Shown here in pieces: positions 46,155 to 57,600 of a stretch of DNA of 64,000 bases. Below the pieces are notes generated by a model. That model worked only from the letters and a program-made list of their open reading frames with translations, did no database searches and had not been told where the DNA came from. The position numbers were made by a program, and so were the translations under genes. The stretch lies in assembly GCA_964361705.1 (NCBI GenBank), contig CAYIBP010000001.1, positions 26,727-90,726 on the forward strand, read 5' to 3'. Every line of letters starts with the position of its first letter. The first letter of the stretch is position 1. The DNA is from an uncultured Candidatus Saccharibacteria bacterium (GTDB lineage Bacteria; Patescibacteriota; Minisyncoccia; Phycocordibacterales; UBA9973).

Positions 46155-46439
46155 TTATAATATATATATATATATATTAGTAAACCTTCTCCAGAAAATA
46201 AAAACTGATTCTTTTAATTTTAAGACAATCAAAGAAAAGACAAGAATTGGAACAGAAATCATCGTAAATATTAAAAACAAATCGAAAGCTTTATTGCATA
46301 TATTATAGATATTTGTTTTTTGACAAAAATCGAAAAAATAATATGGCATTATAAAACGAAAAACAATAAACACTATAGATAAAACAAAGGAAATTGTAGT
46401 TATCTTTTCTTTTGTAAACCACTCAAGTAATTTCTTCAT
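46155..46439 (-). CDS. small membrane protein S1 (paralog of S2/S3, truncated), C-terminus encoded by (TA)8
   Basis: MKKLLEWFTKEKITTISF... aligns with the S2/S3 N-termini (MDKLLEWFTRKRI…). Ends NIYIYIL* where S2/S3 have FIYLFIYLFIYLF. Confidence 0.45.
   Translation of the reverse strand: MKKLLEWFTKEKITTISFVLSIVFIVFRFIMPYYFFDFCQKTNIYNICNKAFDLFLIFTMISVPILVFSLIVLKLKESVFIFWRRFTNIYIYIL
46161..46176. repeat. (TA)8 dinucleotide repeat inside the 3' end of S1
   Basis: Read directly: tatatatatatatata. Confidence 0.8.
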
Positions 46440-46445
46440 AAAATT

Positions 46446-47114
46446 TTAGTTAAATATTAATGTCTGCAAATCAAAAGAAACTGGTAAATATAGTGTGGTA
46501 TTTTCTTTCGGTTCGACTTCTAATTTTTTTGTCTCTGAAATGATTCCGTTAATTTCTTTATCTACATCTAATAATATCATTTCTTGGTTGTTTCCATCTA
46601 TGTTTACTGTGTATTGAACTCCTTCTTTTACAGATATATATTTAGTATTTCCTACTTCCATATATCTTGAATTTGGTATTTCTTCAAATACTTGATTGGT
46701 AGCTTTGTCAAAACCTGTTTTCTTGCCTGTACTGTCCACGATATACATATCACCACCGGAATAGAGATTTAGAACGATGTCAGTGTTTATTTCTGAGAGC
46801 AAGGTTGTGGGACGAGAATTTATTACAATACTTTCTGGATCAGAAAAAGTGTTATTTTGTATTTTTGCCTTTATAAAATTTCTTAGGTTTGAAATTTCCA
46901 AGATATCTTTGTGAGTTCTGTCCTTTGGAAAACTATCCTCTTTCTTCAAATCCACCCACCACCTCTCTACTTTATCAGATGCATTCATCCATAGAGCAGA
47001 TGAAGTGGCTACTGTCTGATCTCCTTCAAAAGTAGTTTTTGTTTTCGAATGAAATTTATCTTTATCAACAATATAATCTATCCCCGCCAAGGTCTTTTCC
47101 CCCCCATCCACCAA
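46446..47114 (-). pseudogene. out-of-frame C-terminal continuation (222 codons) of surface protein A
   Basis: Translation VDGGEKTLAGIDY…DRTHKDILEISNLRNFIKAKIQ… is collinear with the C-termini of proteins B and C, but in a different frame from 47065-49935. Frames diverge at the C7 (plus-strand) homopolymer at 47099-47105. Confidence 0.6.
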
Positions 47115-49912
47115 CTTGTATCACTTTCGTATTTTCTGGAGCTTGCCAGTTATCAAGTATTTGATGCACTTGTTCCGCGTTGTTGTACAAAGTTTCGTTT
47201 CCATTGTTTGGATTGTCCAAATCATCTCCTGTTGGTTTTTCTCTCCCCTCTTTACCAAGAATGAAATCTTTAAACTCCGTGAAATTTGATATTTCATTTC
47301 CGTATTTTTCTGTTTGTTTTGAAAAAAGTTCGTGATTTGGGAAAGTAATTATCTTGTTTAGATTTAAACTAGGATCACCTTGAATATCGAAATATTCCTT
47401 TGAAGGAAGGAGGTTGTATGTTGTGGGCATATTTTCTGCGAGGTATCTTTGGTTTGTGGCAGTCATAACAACACCGTATACTAACCTAGTTCCATGCAGA
47501 AGAGAAAGAAATCCCTCCGGCGTTCCCACTTGTGGTGTAGCTACGAATATCACTTTATCTATTTTATCATACAGTGGATCGTTTTGATCTTTGAGTTTCT
47601 GTATTAATGCCTTGATGACTAGTCCACCATTTGAGTGTCCTATCAGTGTGACTTTTCCTGATTTTGAATTTGATTGCAAATCTCGAAGTTTCTTGAGTAT
47701 GAAAGATTCTGAGAAAGTTTGATCTTCTGTGTATGAGAGTTTGCCTCTTTCTTTTACTTTTCCGTTTGTGATAATGTCATCTAGTGATAAACGCCAATCG
47801 TAAGGAATAAAAGCATAATCATTTATGGTCTTATCTTTTTCTTTCCAGTCTCGTAGATCATCTATGAATGACTGGTAAATATTAATACCATAAGCATCAT
47901 CAACGATTCCTGTTTCATCTGAAAATGAATCGTTTACTGTATCATTTTTAGTGTAAAGGTCTAAAACCTTTTTGCCATTTTCATTCAACGCCATTCTCTT
48001 TTGTTCATCGGGTAAAATTCTGATGGAAACCCACAACTCTTTATCTTCAACGCAATTCATAAACAGATCTTCACAATAATCGGCTGATGGTCCTGGCAGA
48101 GCCTTTACCTCCTCATACAACCTCGAACCCATGATCCCAGGGAAGAACATTACATTTGAGAAACAATCTGTGGTGCAAATAACAGGTGCGACTTCTTGTT
48201 GTTTAGTTTTAAAGTATAGTTTTTCTGACAACCATCCACCTTGGTTTTGAGCGTCTTTCGCTCTGACATGCCAATAGTACAATGATCCTGGATTAAGATT
48301 TGCTGTGTATGAATTTGTGGATATGTCTTCCTTGTCTACTTCAAGGTTTCCTGTAGTCATGTTGCGGACATACAAAGCATATTTTGAAGCTCCGGGTACA
48401 GTGTTCCATGAGAATGCTTGGGTGGTACTTGATATTTCTGGAACAGATGAATTTTTTGCTGTTTCATCTGATGAGAAATACTTACCTGGGGATATTTGTT
48501 CTGGATTCGGTAAATATATATTCTTTGGAGTACAAAGACCATTTAATTCAAATTGGTTCAGATCAAACTCTGATAGAGTAGATGAACAAGCAGGTAACAC
48601 CTTGAATTCATTCGATGTTGCTGTAGCAGAATTGTATGTCGCTGTTAGTTTTACTTGATTTATAGCAGAAGTGAGTTTTACTTTTCCAGAATATTGATTG
48701 CTCTGTATTGTTACAGATTTTGGGTAGATATTTCCCATACTAGATGACAGAGAAATATTTGAACCATTTGGGATATTTTGAGTGTTCAAAATGATATCAA
48801 ATTCAGAACCATTTTGAACTTGAGAAATGTTGTTCCAAGATACTGTGGAGACTCCTGGAGGTGGTGGTGGAATTTCTTTCTTGTTCACAGTGATTGTGAT
48901 GTCTTGTGTGACAGCTTGGCTATTTGATCCTAAACATCTAAAAGTAAATGTCGTAGTCTGATACATCGGTCCGATGTTGTAAGTGGTATTGTGCAAAGGG
49001 TAATTTACTAATCCTGCCCCAGAAATATCACAGGAAGAAGTGTTGGTGCTAGAAAGGGTAAATGTTCCATTCTGTCCTTCTTCCACTGTTTGAGTGGTTG
49101 GAGTTACAGAGATGGTAGGAGTAGCAGGTTCATTGTTTACTATGTAAAAATACCATCTATCTGTGAACCATCCAGAACGACCGAGTGAGTCGTGAGCGTT
49201 TGCGTTCCAGCCGTAACTATGTCCTTTTTGAAGATTTACTGTGCAAGAAGTGGTAGCCAGATTTTGACATACAGGTAATAGTAATCCTCCGTTGTAATAA
49301 TCACGAATATTAATATCGTAAGTGGAAGCTCCTACTGAAGGAGTGATAGTGAATGTTTGGGTTGAAGTCATGACTGAAGCACCATCATCGGGAGAAATTA
49401 GAAATGGTTCCTTTAGATTTGGGTTTGCAGGAGCACAGAGGCCTTCGAGTTTGAATGTTTTCTTTTTGTTTAGATCTATTTTTAATGTTTCCTGTTCTTT
49501 GTTTAAATGTTCATATTCCCCTTCTTCTGCTAGACAGCTTAAGCTAGAGGAAGCGGTGAAGGAGGAGGTACCTACTGTTTGGCCGTTGTATTTTGCTGTG
49601 ATAGTGACGGGTCCATAGGCTGAAGTGATTGTAAACTCTTCGTAGTAGTTCGGATATGGTGGACGGATTGAATTCGGAGAAAGATTGCCCATCGAAAGGT
49701 GTAGGGTTATCTCCTCGGACTGGCTTTCATTTACGGGGATGCCTTCCGTTTTAAAATTGATGAGAAATGTGTCTCCGTTTCTTATGTTTCCAATGTTACC
49801 AAAGGTGACCTTTGGTGTGGTGTTTGAGACATTTACGGTGAAGGGTTGCTGGGCAAAGACTTGTAGTGGTGAAAGTATGAATATGAGAAGAAGGAATGTG
49901 GAAAGGAGATTT

Positions 49913-49935
<23 letters not shown>
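47065..49935 (-). CDS. secreted multidomain surface protein A (Ig/FN3-like repeats + lipase-like alpha/beta-hydrolase domain), frameshifted near 3' end
   Basis: Signal peptide MSQLPKTKNLLSTFLLLIFILSPLQVFA. Lipase-like nucleophile elbow LIGHSNGGLVIKALIQKL and FVATPQVGTPEGF. Homologous to B and to the C-terminal ~1100 aa of C. ORF terminates prematurely after …VIQVGGWGGKDLGGDRLYC* owing to a +1 G in a G-run relative to B. Confidence 0.6.
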
Positions 49936-50344
<409 letters not shown>

Positions 50345-50350
50345 AAAATT

Positions 50351-53293
50351 TTAGTTAAAAGTTAATGCTTGCAAATCAAAAGAAACTGGTAAATCTAATG
50401 TAATCTTTTCTTTTGATTCTATTTGTAATGTCTTTGTTTCTGAAACAATTCCATTCATTTCTTTATCTACATCTAATAGTATCATTTCTTGGTTATTTAC
50501 ATCTATGTGTACTGTGTATTTAGTACCTTCTTGTACAGAGATATACTTAGTATTTCCTATTTCCATGTATCTGGAATTTGGTATTTCTTCAAAAACCTGA
50601 CCTGTGGTTTTATCGAAACCTGTCTTTCTGCCGTCATTATCAGTGACATACATTTCACCCCCAGAATATAGGTTTAGAACTATATCAGTATTTACCTCTG
50701 AAAGAGAGGTTGCGGGACGGGAGTTTATGACGATGTTTTCTGGGTCAGAAAAAGAAGTATCTTGTATTCTTGCCTTTAAAAAATTTCTTAGATTTGAGAC
50801 TTCTAGAATGTTTTTATGTGACTTGTCTGGAAAACTTTCTTCATTATAACTCTTCAAATCCACCCACCACCTCTCTACCCTGTCAGAGGTATTAATCCAC
50901 AAAGAAGATGAAATAGCCACGGTTTCATCTCCTTCCTTTGTCGTTCTAGCCTTTGGATACATAGTCCTATTGGAAGGAGGACAGTTGAGAGGTAAACAAC
51001 CAGTTGATTTTGTTCCATACTCTATCCCTGCCAATGTCTTCTCCCCCCATCCCCCTACCTGTATCACTTTTGTATTTTCCGGTGCTTGCCAGTTATCAAG
51101 TATTTGATGCACTTGTTCCGCGTTGTTGTACAGATTTTCATTGCCATTGTTTGCATTGTCTAGGTCATCCCCTGTTGGTTTTTCTCTTCCTTCTTTACCT
51201 AGAATGAAATCTTTAAACTCTGTGAAATTTGATATTTCTGTACCATATTTCTCTGTTTGTTTGGAAAATAGTTCGTGATTTGGGAAAGTTATTATCTTGT
51301 TCAGATTTAATGAAGGATCACCTTGGATGTCGAAGTACCCTTTTGATGGGAGTAGATTGTATGTGGTGGGCATATTCTCTGCGAGATACCTATTGTTTGT
51401 GGCGGTCATCACAGCTCCAAAAGCAGCTAATCTAGTGCCATGTAATAAAGAAAGAAATCCTTCCGGAGTTCCCACTTGCGGAGTGGCTACTAATATTACT
51501 TTATCTATCTGATTGTAAAGAGGATCGTTTGCATCTTTTAATTTTTGTATTAAGGCTTTGATCACCAATCCTCCGTTTGAATGGCCTATCAATGTGACTT
51601 TACCTGATTTTGAATTTGATTGCAGATCTCGAAGTTTCTTAAGAATGAAAGACTCGGAAAAGTTTTGTGAGTCAGCATATGATAGCTTGTTTCTTTCCCC
51701 CACTTTTCCATTAGTGATGATATCTTCGAGTGATAATCTCCAATCGTAAGGCACTAATGAGTAGTCTGTTATCACATTACTATTTTTCAAATCCTTCAGA
51801 TCATCAGCAAAAGATTTGTAAATATTAAGACCTATGAAGCCTGGAACTTCTTCTACTAATCCTTTGTCTTCTTTTGTGTAAATATCGTAGATCTTCTTGC
51901 CATTCGAATCTAATGCCATTCTTCTATGATCATCATGCAAGGCAGCAAGAGAGACCCACAACTCTTTATCCCAGAAACATTCACTGCCGTTTAGTACTTC
52001 ACCACAATCCAATGAACCTTTCTCCTCATACAACCTCGACCCCATAATCCCAGGAAAGAACATAACATTTGAAAAACAGTCTGTGGTGCAGGTAGTAGGG
52101 ACAATTTCTTGGGATTTAGTTTTAAAGTATAGTTTTTCTGATAACCATCCACCTTGATTGTTGCTGTCTTTAGCTCTGATGTGCCAGTAGTACAATGATC
52201 CTGGATTTAGATTTGCTGTATATGAGTTTGTAGATATGTCTTCTTTGTCTACTTCAAGGTTTCCTGTTGTCATATTACGAACATACAGTGCATATTTTGT
52301 AGCTCCGGAGACTGTTGTCCATTTGAAAGTCTGGGTTGTAGAGTCTACTTCCTCCCCTGTCCAGGCCTTGCCTGGACTTAGGGGTTCCGGATTCTGTAGA
52401 TATATATTCTTCGGAGTACACAAACCAGAAAGCTCAAATTCAGATAGTTCGAGTTCTGAAAGAGAAGAATAACATGTAGGATCAATATCGAATGTATTTG
52501 AAGTTGTTAAAACATTTCCATTGTACGAGACTTTTAATTTCACTTTGTTGATAGCTGAAGTTACTTTGATATTTCCTGTATAAGTATTGTTCTGTATTGT
52601 TACTGTCTTTGGAATCACAGTCCCCATAGCAAAAAGTGGTTGGTCTTCATCATTTGGGACACCGAAAGAAGTGAGTTCAAGATTCGTTCCATCTGCAATA
52701 TTTGTGGTATTGATCGTTATCGGAAAAAGTTCGCTCGTTTTGGTATTTAAGATTTGAGAGATGATGGCTGTGGGGATGCCTGGTGGTGGTACCACTTCTT
52801 TCTTGTTCACAGTGATAATGATGTCTTGAGATACTGCTTGGCCATTTGATCCAATACATCTGAAAGTAAATATGGCAGTTCGATACATAGGTCCAATACC
52901 GTAATCACCATTAGCAAGACGGTGGTTTACGAGTCCAGCTCCTGTTATGTCACAAGAAGTGGTATTAGTGGAAGAAAGAACAAAGCTTCCGTCTGTTCCT
53001 TCCTCTATTGTTTGAGTTGTGGGAGTTACTGATATTGTAGGTGGAGTGTTGGGATTTTGAGATCTAACATTAAAATACTTTCTGTCTGCAAACCATCCTG
53101 ATCTATTTTGAGAATCAAAGGCATTAGCATTCCATGTGTAGTTGTGTCCTTCTTTTAAGACTACATCTACAAATTGACCTGTAGTTTTGTAGACAGTGAG
53201 TTCATTGTTTACAGAGATGTCTCTGATATTTACTTCATATCTGATAGCGTTGGGGACATATGCTATCTCTAGGGTTTGATTTGGTCCATACAC
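50351..53293 (-). CDS. secreted multidomain surface protein B (5'-truncated copy of the C-terminal half of C)
   Basis: Listed ORF starts at GTG, but the frame stays open upstream into the adjacent IS-like element, so there is no native signal peptide. Contains GHSNGG lipase-like domain and Ig/FN3-like repeats. Residues ~1-730 are identical or nearly identical to the corresponding part of C. Confidence 0.5.
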   Translation of the reverse strand: MYGPNQTLEIAYVPNAIRYEVNIRDISVNNELTVYKTTGQFVDVVLKEGHNYTWNANAFDSQNRSGWFADRKYFNVRSQNPNTPPTISVTPTTQTIEEGTDGSFVLSSTNTTSCDITGAGLVNHRLANGDYGIGPMYRTAIFTFRCIGSNGQAVSQDIIITVNKKEVVPPPGIPTAIISQILNTKTSELFPITINTTNIADGTNLELTSFGVPNDEDQPLFAMGTVIPKTVTIQNNTYTGNIKVTSAINKVKLKVSYNGNVLTTSNTFDIDPTCYSSLSELELSEFELSGLCTPKNIYLQNPEPLSPGKAWTGEEVDSTTQTFKWTTVSGATKYALYVRNMTTGNLEVDKEDISTNSYTANLNPGSLYYWHIRAKDSNNQGGWLSEKLYFKTKSQEIVPTTCTTDCFSNVMFFPGIMGSRLYEEKGSLDCGEVLNGSECFWDKELWVSLAALHDDHRRMALDSNGKKIYDIYTKEDKGLVEEVPGFIGLNIYKSFADDLKDLKNSNVITDYSLVPYDWRLSLEDIITNGKVGERNKLSYADSQNFSESFILKKLRDLQSNSKSGKVTLIGHSNGGLVIKALIQKLKDANDPLYNQIDKVILVATPQVGTPEGFLSLLHGTRLAAFGAVMTATNNRYLAENMPTTYNLLPSKGYFDIQGDPSLNLNKIITFPNHELFSKQTEKYGTEISNFTEFKDFILGKEGREKPTGDDLDNANNGNENLYNNAEQVHQILDNWQAPENTKVIQVGGWGEKTLAGIEYGTKSTGCLPLNCPPSNRTMYPKARTTKEGDETVAISSSLWINTSDRVERWWVDLKSYNEESFPDKSHKNILEVSNLRNFLKARIQDTSFSDPENIVINSRPATSLSEVNTDIVLNLYSGGEMYVTDNDGRKTGFDKTTGQVFEEIPNSRYMEIGNTKYISVQEGTKYTVHIDVNNQEMILLDVDKEMNGIVSETKTLQIESKEKITLDLPVSFDLQALTFN

Positions 53294-53305
53294 TATTTCA
53301 GGATT
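51112..53305. repeat. ~2.2-kb near-identical direct repeat, copy 1 (matches 55424-57617)
   Basis: Constant offset of 4312 bp; identical sub-ORFs (51229-51435 = 55541-55747; 52236-52472 = 56548-56784). Boundaries judged by eye from flanking mismatches. Confidence 0.75.
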
Positions 53306-53428
53306 GTTTTTGTCTTCTGAACCAGGACTTACTAGATATGGTTCTGCTAGATTTGGGTTTGGTGGAACGCAGAGACCTTCGAGTCCATACCGGGTATGGA
53401 CAGTGTTGGTGTTTAGGTTGATGAGAAG

Positions 53429-54156
53429 AAGGGTGTCAGGTACCCTTTCTAGGTCTCCAGGGTAAACGAATTGTCGCTTCCAATCTAAATTTCTTAATAA
53501 TCTTCATCGACCAATCATCACTTCCATAAGGCTTCCCTTTCGTCACCGAATGTCTAATAGTTTCTTCCTCTTCACTAGGTTGTGATTCATTGACTAGTGA
53601 TAGATAATTATTGGGTTTTGATATAGGCCAATCTGATAACAATTTCTTTTGTTCGGTACTTCCATGTATTTTACGCCACAAACTAGAGAATCTCCAATTT
53701 TCTGCCTTTCGTACCAATTTAGCGCGAAGAGGATTACGTTCAACATAACGAATGACTGAGAGCAGATGATTATCTTTTTCAACAATAAATGATTTGTAAC
53801 GACCTTGATAAAGATGGCCTGTACCCTTTGTGTTTTTTTCTTGGTGCCAACGCTGAGTATGTGTCAATGTAAGCCATTGCATAAATTTACATAGATCTCC
53901 GTCACTTTTTGGATAAAGGACAAGATGAAAATGATTTGGCATTAGTATGTATGCAAGAATACGCATATTATACTTATCTTTTGCTTCTTCTAAGACATTT
54001 TCAAATAGAGTGTAATCTTCTTCTTTAAAGAAGATCGGTAGACGCGCGTTTGCGCGATTGATAACATGATAACAATATTCACCAATATCTGTACGTAGAA
54101 CTCTTCCCATATTTTGATTATATCAGATTTTAATTAAAAGGGTACCTGACACCCTT
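53429..54156. mobile_element. compact IS-like unit: HUH/Y1 transposase gene flanked by perfect 20-bp terminal inverted repeats
   Basis: Left end AAGGGTGTCAGGTACCCTTT (53429-53448) and right end AAAGGGTACCTGACACCCTT (54137-54156) are exact reverse complements. They enclose the transposase ORF 53436-54110. Confidence 0.65.
53436..54110 (-). CDS. IS200/IS605-family-like Y1 (HUH) transposase, RAYT/TnpA_REP-like
   Basis: HUH motif MPNHFHLVLYP and catalytic Tyr region GHLYQGRYKSFIV; 224 aa, in the size range of REP-associated tyrosine transposases. Confidence 0.7.
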   Translation of the reverse strand: MGRVLRTDIGEYCYHVINRANARLPIFFKEEDYTLFENVLEEAKDKYNMRILAYILMPNHFHLVLYPKSDGDLCKFMQWLTLTHTQRWHQEKNTKGTGHLYQGRYKSFIVEKDNHLLSVIRYVERNPLRAKLVRKAENWRFSSLWRKIHGSTEQKKLLSDWPISKPNNYLSLVNESQPSEEEETIRHSVTKGKPYGSDDWSMKIIKKFRLEATIRLPWRPRKGT

Positions 54157-54239
54157 ACCTTCAGCAACTTGTATTATTTTGATCCATACTTTTTCATTCT
54201 AATTATTATTAATCTAAATTTATTGCAGAAAAAAGATTT

Positions 54240-54656
<417 letters not shown>

Positions 54657-54662
54657 TGTATT

Positions 54663-57600
54663 TTAGTTAATTGTTAATGCTTGCAAATCAAAAGTAGCAG
54701 ACAAGTCTAGTGTAATTCTTTCTTTTGATTCTGTTTGTAATGACTTCGTTTCTGAAACAATTCCATTTATTTCTTTATCTACATCTAATAATATCATTTC
54801 TTGGTTATTTCCATCTATGTGTACTGTGTATTTAATGCCTTCTTCTACAGAAATGTATTTTGTATTTCCTACTTCCATGTATCTGGAGTTTGGAATTTCT
54901 TCTTTCGTCTCTCCATTTACTATACCTGTAATTCTACCTGTACTATCTGATATATACACATAGCCTCCAGAATAAAGATTCAGAACAATGTCTGTTTTCA
55001 TTTCTGAAAGAGAATAATTGGGTTTTGAATTTACAATTATATTTTCTGGATCGGAAAATGAAGCATCTTTAATCTCTGCCTTTATAAAATTTCTTAAATT
55101 AGAAACCTCGAGGATATCTTTATGCGTTCTGTCTTTTTCAAAAAATCCTCCCTCTTTCTTCAAATCTACCCACCATCGTTCTGTGTTAGCATCTGTATTC
55201 ATCCAAAGGGCAGAGGATGTTACTACTGTTTCATCGCCTTCAAAGGAGGTCTTTGTTTTAGGGAAAGGTTTTATAATTGGAATCCCGCAAATACCAAACT
55301 CACATTTTTCACCATATTTTTTAGCCATATACTCTATACCTGCAAATGTTTTTATCCCCCACCCCGCAACCTGTATCACCTTCGTATTTTCTGGAGCTTG
55401 CCAATTATCTAGCATTTGATGAATCTTTTCAGCGTTGTTGTACAGATTTTCATTGCCATTGTTTGCATTGTCTAGGTCATCCCCTGTTGGTTTTTCTCTT
55501 CCTTCTTTACCTAGAATGAAATCTTTAAACTCTGTGAAATTTGATATTTCTGTACCATATTTCTCTGTTTGTTTGGAAAATAGTTCGTGATTTGGGAAAG
55601 TTATTATCTTGTTCAGATTTAATGAAGGATCACCTTGGATGTCGAAGTACCCTTTTGATGGGAGTAGATTGTATGTGGTGGGCATATTCTCTGCGAGATA
55701 CCTATTGTTTGTGGCGGTCATCACAGCTCCAAAAGCAGCTAATCTAGTGCCATGTAATAAAGAAAGAAATCCTTCCGGAGTTCCCACTTGCGGAGTGGCT
55801 ACTAATATTACTTTATCTATCTGATTGTAAAGAGGATCGTTTGCATCTTTTAATTTTTGTATTAAGGCTTTGATCACCAATCCTCCGTTTGAATGGCCTA
55901 TCAATGTGACTTTACCTGATTTTGAATTTGATTGCAGATCTCGAAGTTTCTTAAGAATGAAAGACTCGGAAAAGTTTTGTGAGTCAGCATATGATAGCTT
56001 GTTTCTTTCCCCCACTTTTCCATTAGTGATGATATCTTCGAGTGATAATCTCCAATCGTAAGGCACTAATGAGTAGTCTGTTATCACATTACTATTTTTC
56101 AAATCCTTCAGATCATCAGCAAAAGATTTGTAAATATTAAGACCTATGAAGCCTGGAACTTCTTCTACTAATCCTTTGTCTTCTTTTGTGTAAATATCGT
56201 AGATCTTCTTGCCATTCGAATCTAATGCCATTCTTCTATGATCATCATGCAAGGCAGCAAGAGAGACCCACAACTCTTTATCCCAGAAACATTCACTGCC
56301 GTTTAGTACTTCACCACAATCCAATGAACCTTTCTCCTCATACAACCTCGACCCCATAATCCCAGGAAAGAACATAACATTTGAAAAACAGTCTGTGGTG
56401 CAGGTAGTAGGGACAATTTCTTGGGATTTAGTTTTAAAGTATAGTTTTTCTGATAACCATCCACCTTGATTGTTGCTGTCTTTAGCTCTGATGTGCCAGT
56501 AGTACAATGATCCTGGATTTAGATTTGCTGTATATGAGTTTGTAGATATGTCTTCTTTGTCTACTTCAAGGTTTCCTGTTGTCATATTACGAACATACAG
56601 TGCATATTTTGTAGCTCCGGAGACTGTTGTCCATTTGAAAGTCTGGGTTGTAGAGTCTACTTCCTCCCCTGTCCAGGCCTTGCCTGGACTTAGGGGTTCC
56701 GGATTCTGTAGATATATATTCTTCGGAGTACACAAACCAGAAAGCTCAAATTCAGATAGTTCGAGTTCTGAAAGAGAAGAATAACATGTAGGATCAATAT
56801 CGAATGTATTTGAAGTTGTTAAAACATTTCCATTGTACGAGACTTTTAATTTCACTTTGTTGATAGCTGAAGTTACTTTGATATTTCCTGTATAAGTATT
56901 GTTCTGTATTGTTACTGTCTTTGGAATCACAGTCCCCATAGCAAAAAGTGGTTGGTCTTCATCATTTGGGACACCGAAAGAAGTGAGTTCAAGATTCGTT
57001 CCATCTGCAATATTTGTGGTATTGATCGTTATCGGAAAAAGTTCGCTCGTTTTGGTATTTAAGATTTGAGAGATGATGGCTGTGGGGATGCCTGGTGGTG
57101 GTACCACTTCTTTCTTGTTCACAGTGATAATGATGTCTTGAGATACTGCTTGGCCATTTGATCCAATACATCTGAAAGTAAATATGGCAGTTCGATACAT
57201 AGGTCCAATACCGTAATCACCATTAGCAAGACGGTGGTTTACGAGTCCAGCTCCTGTTATGTCACAAGAAGTGGTATTAGTGGAAGAAAGAACAAAGCTT
57301 CCGTCTGTTCCTTCCTCTATTGTTTGAGTTGTGGGAGTTACTGATATTGTAGGTGGAGTGTTGGGATTTTGAGATCTAACATTAAAATACTTTCTGTCTG
57401 CAAACCATCCTGATCTATTTTGAGAATCAAAGGCATTAGCATTCCATGTGTAGTTGTGTCCTTCTTTTAAGACTACATCTACAAATTGACCTGTAGTTTT
57501 GTAGACAGTGAGTTCATTGTTTACAGAGATGTCTCTGATATTTACTTCATATCTGATAGCGTTGGGGACATATGCTATCTCTAGGGTTTGATTTGGTCCA

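Noticed and set aside
47099-47105. Frameshift in protein A as definite pseudogenisation
   Set aside because: The rest of A shows no decay and the break is at a homopolymer. Sequencing error or reversible phase variation are at least as likely, so it is reported as a candidate switch.
53436-54110. Transposase ORF as a classic IS200/IS605 element
   Set aside because: IS200/IS605 elements lack terminal inverted repeats, whereas this unit has perfect 20-bp inverted ends. It is therefore described more cautiously as a HUH/Y1 transposase unit with REP/RAYT-like organisation.
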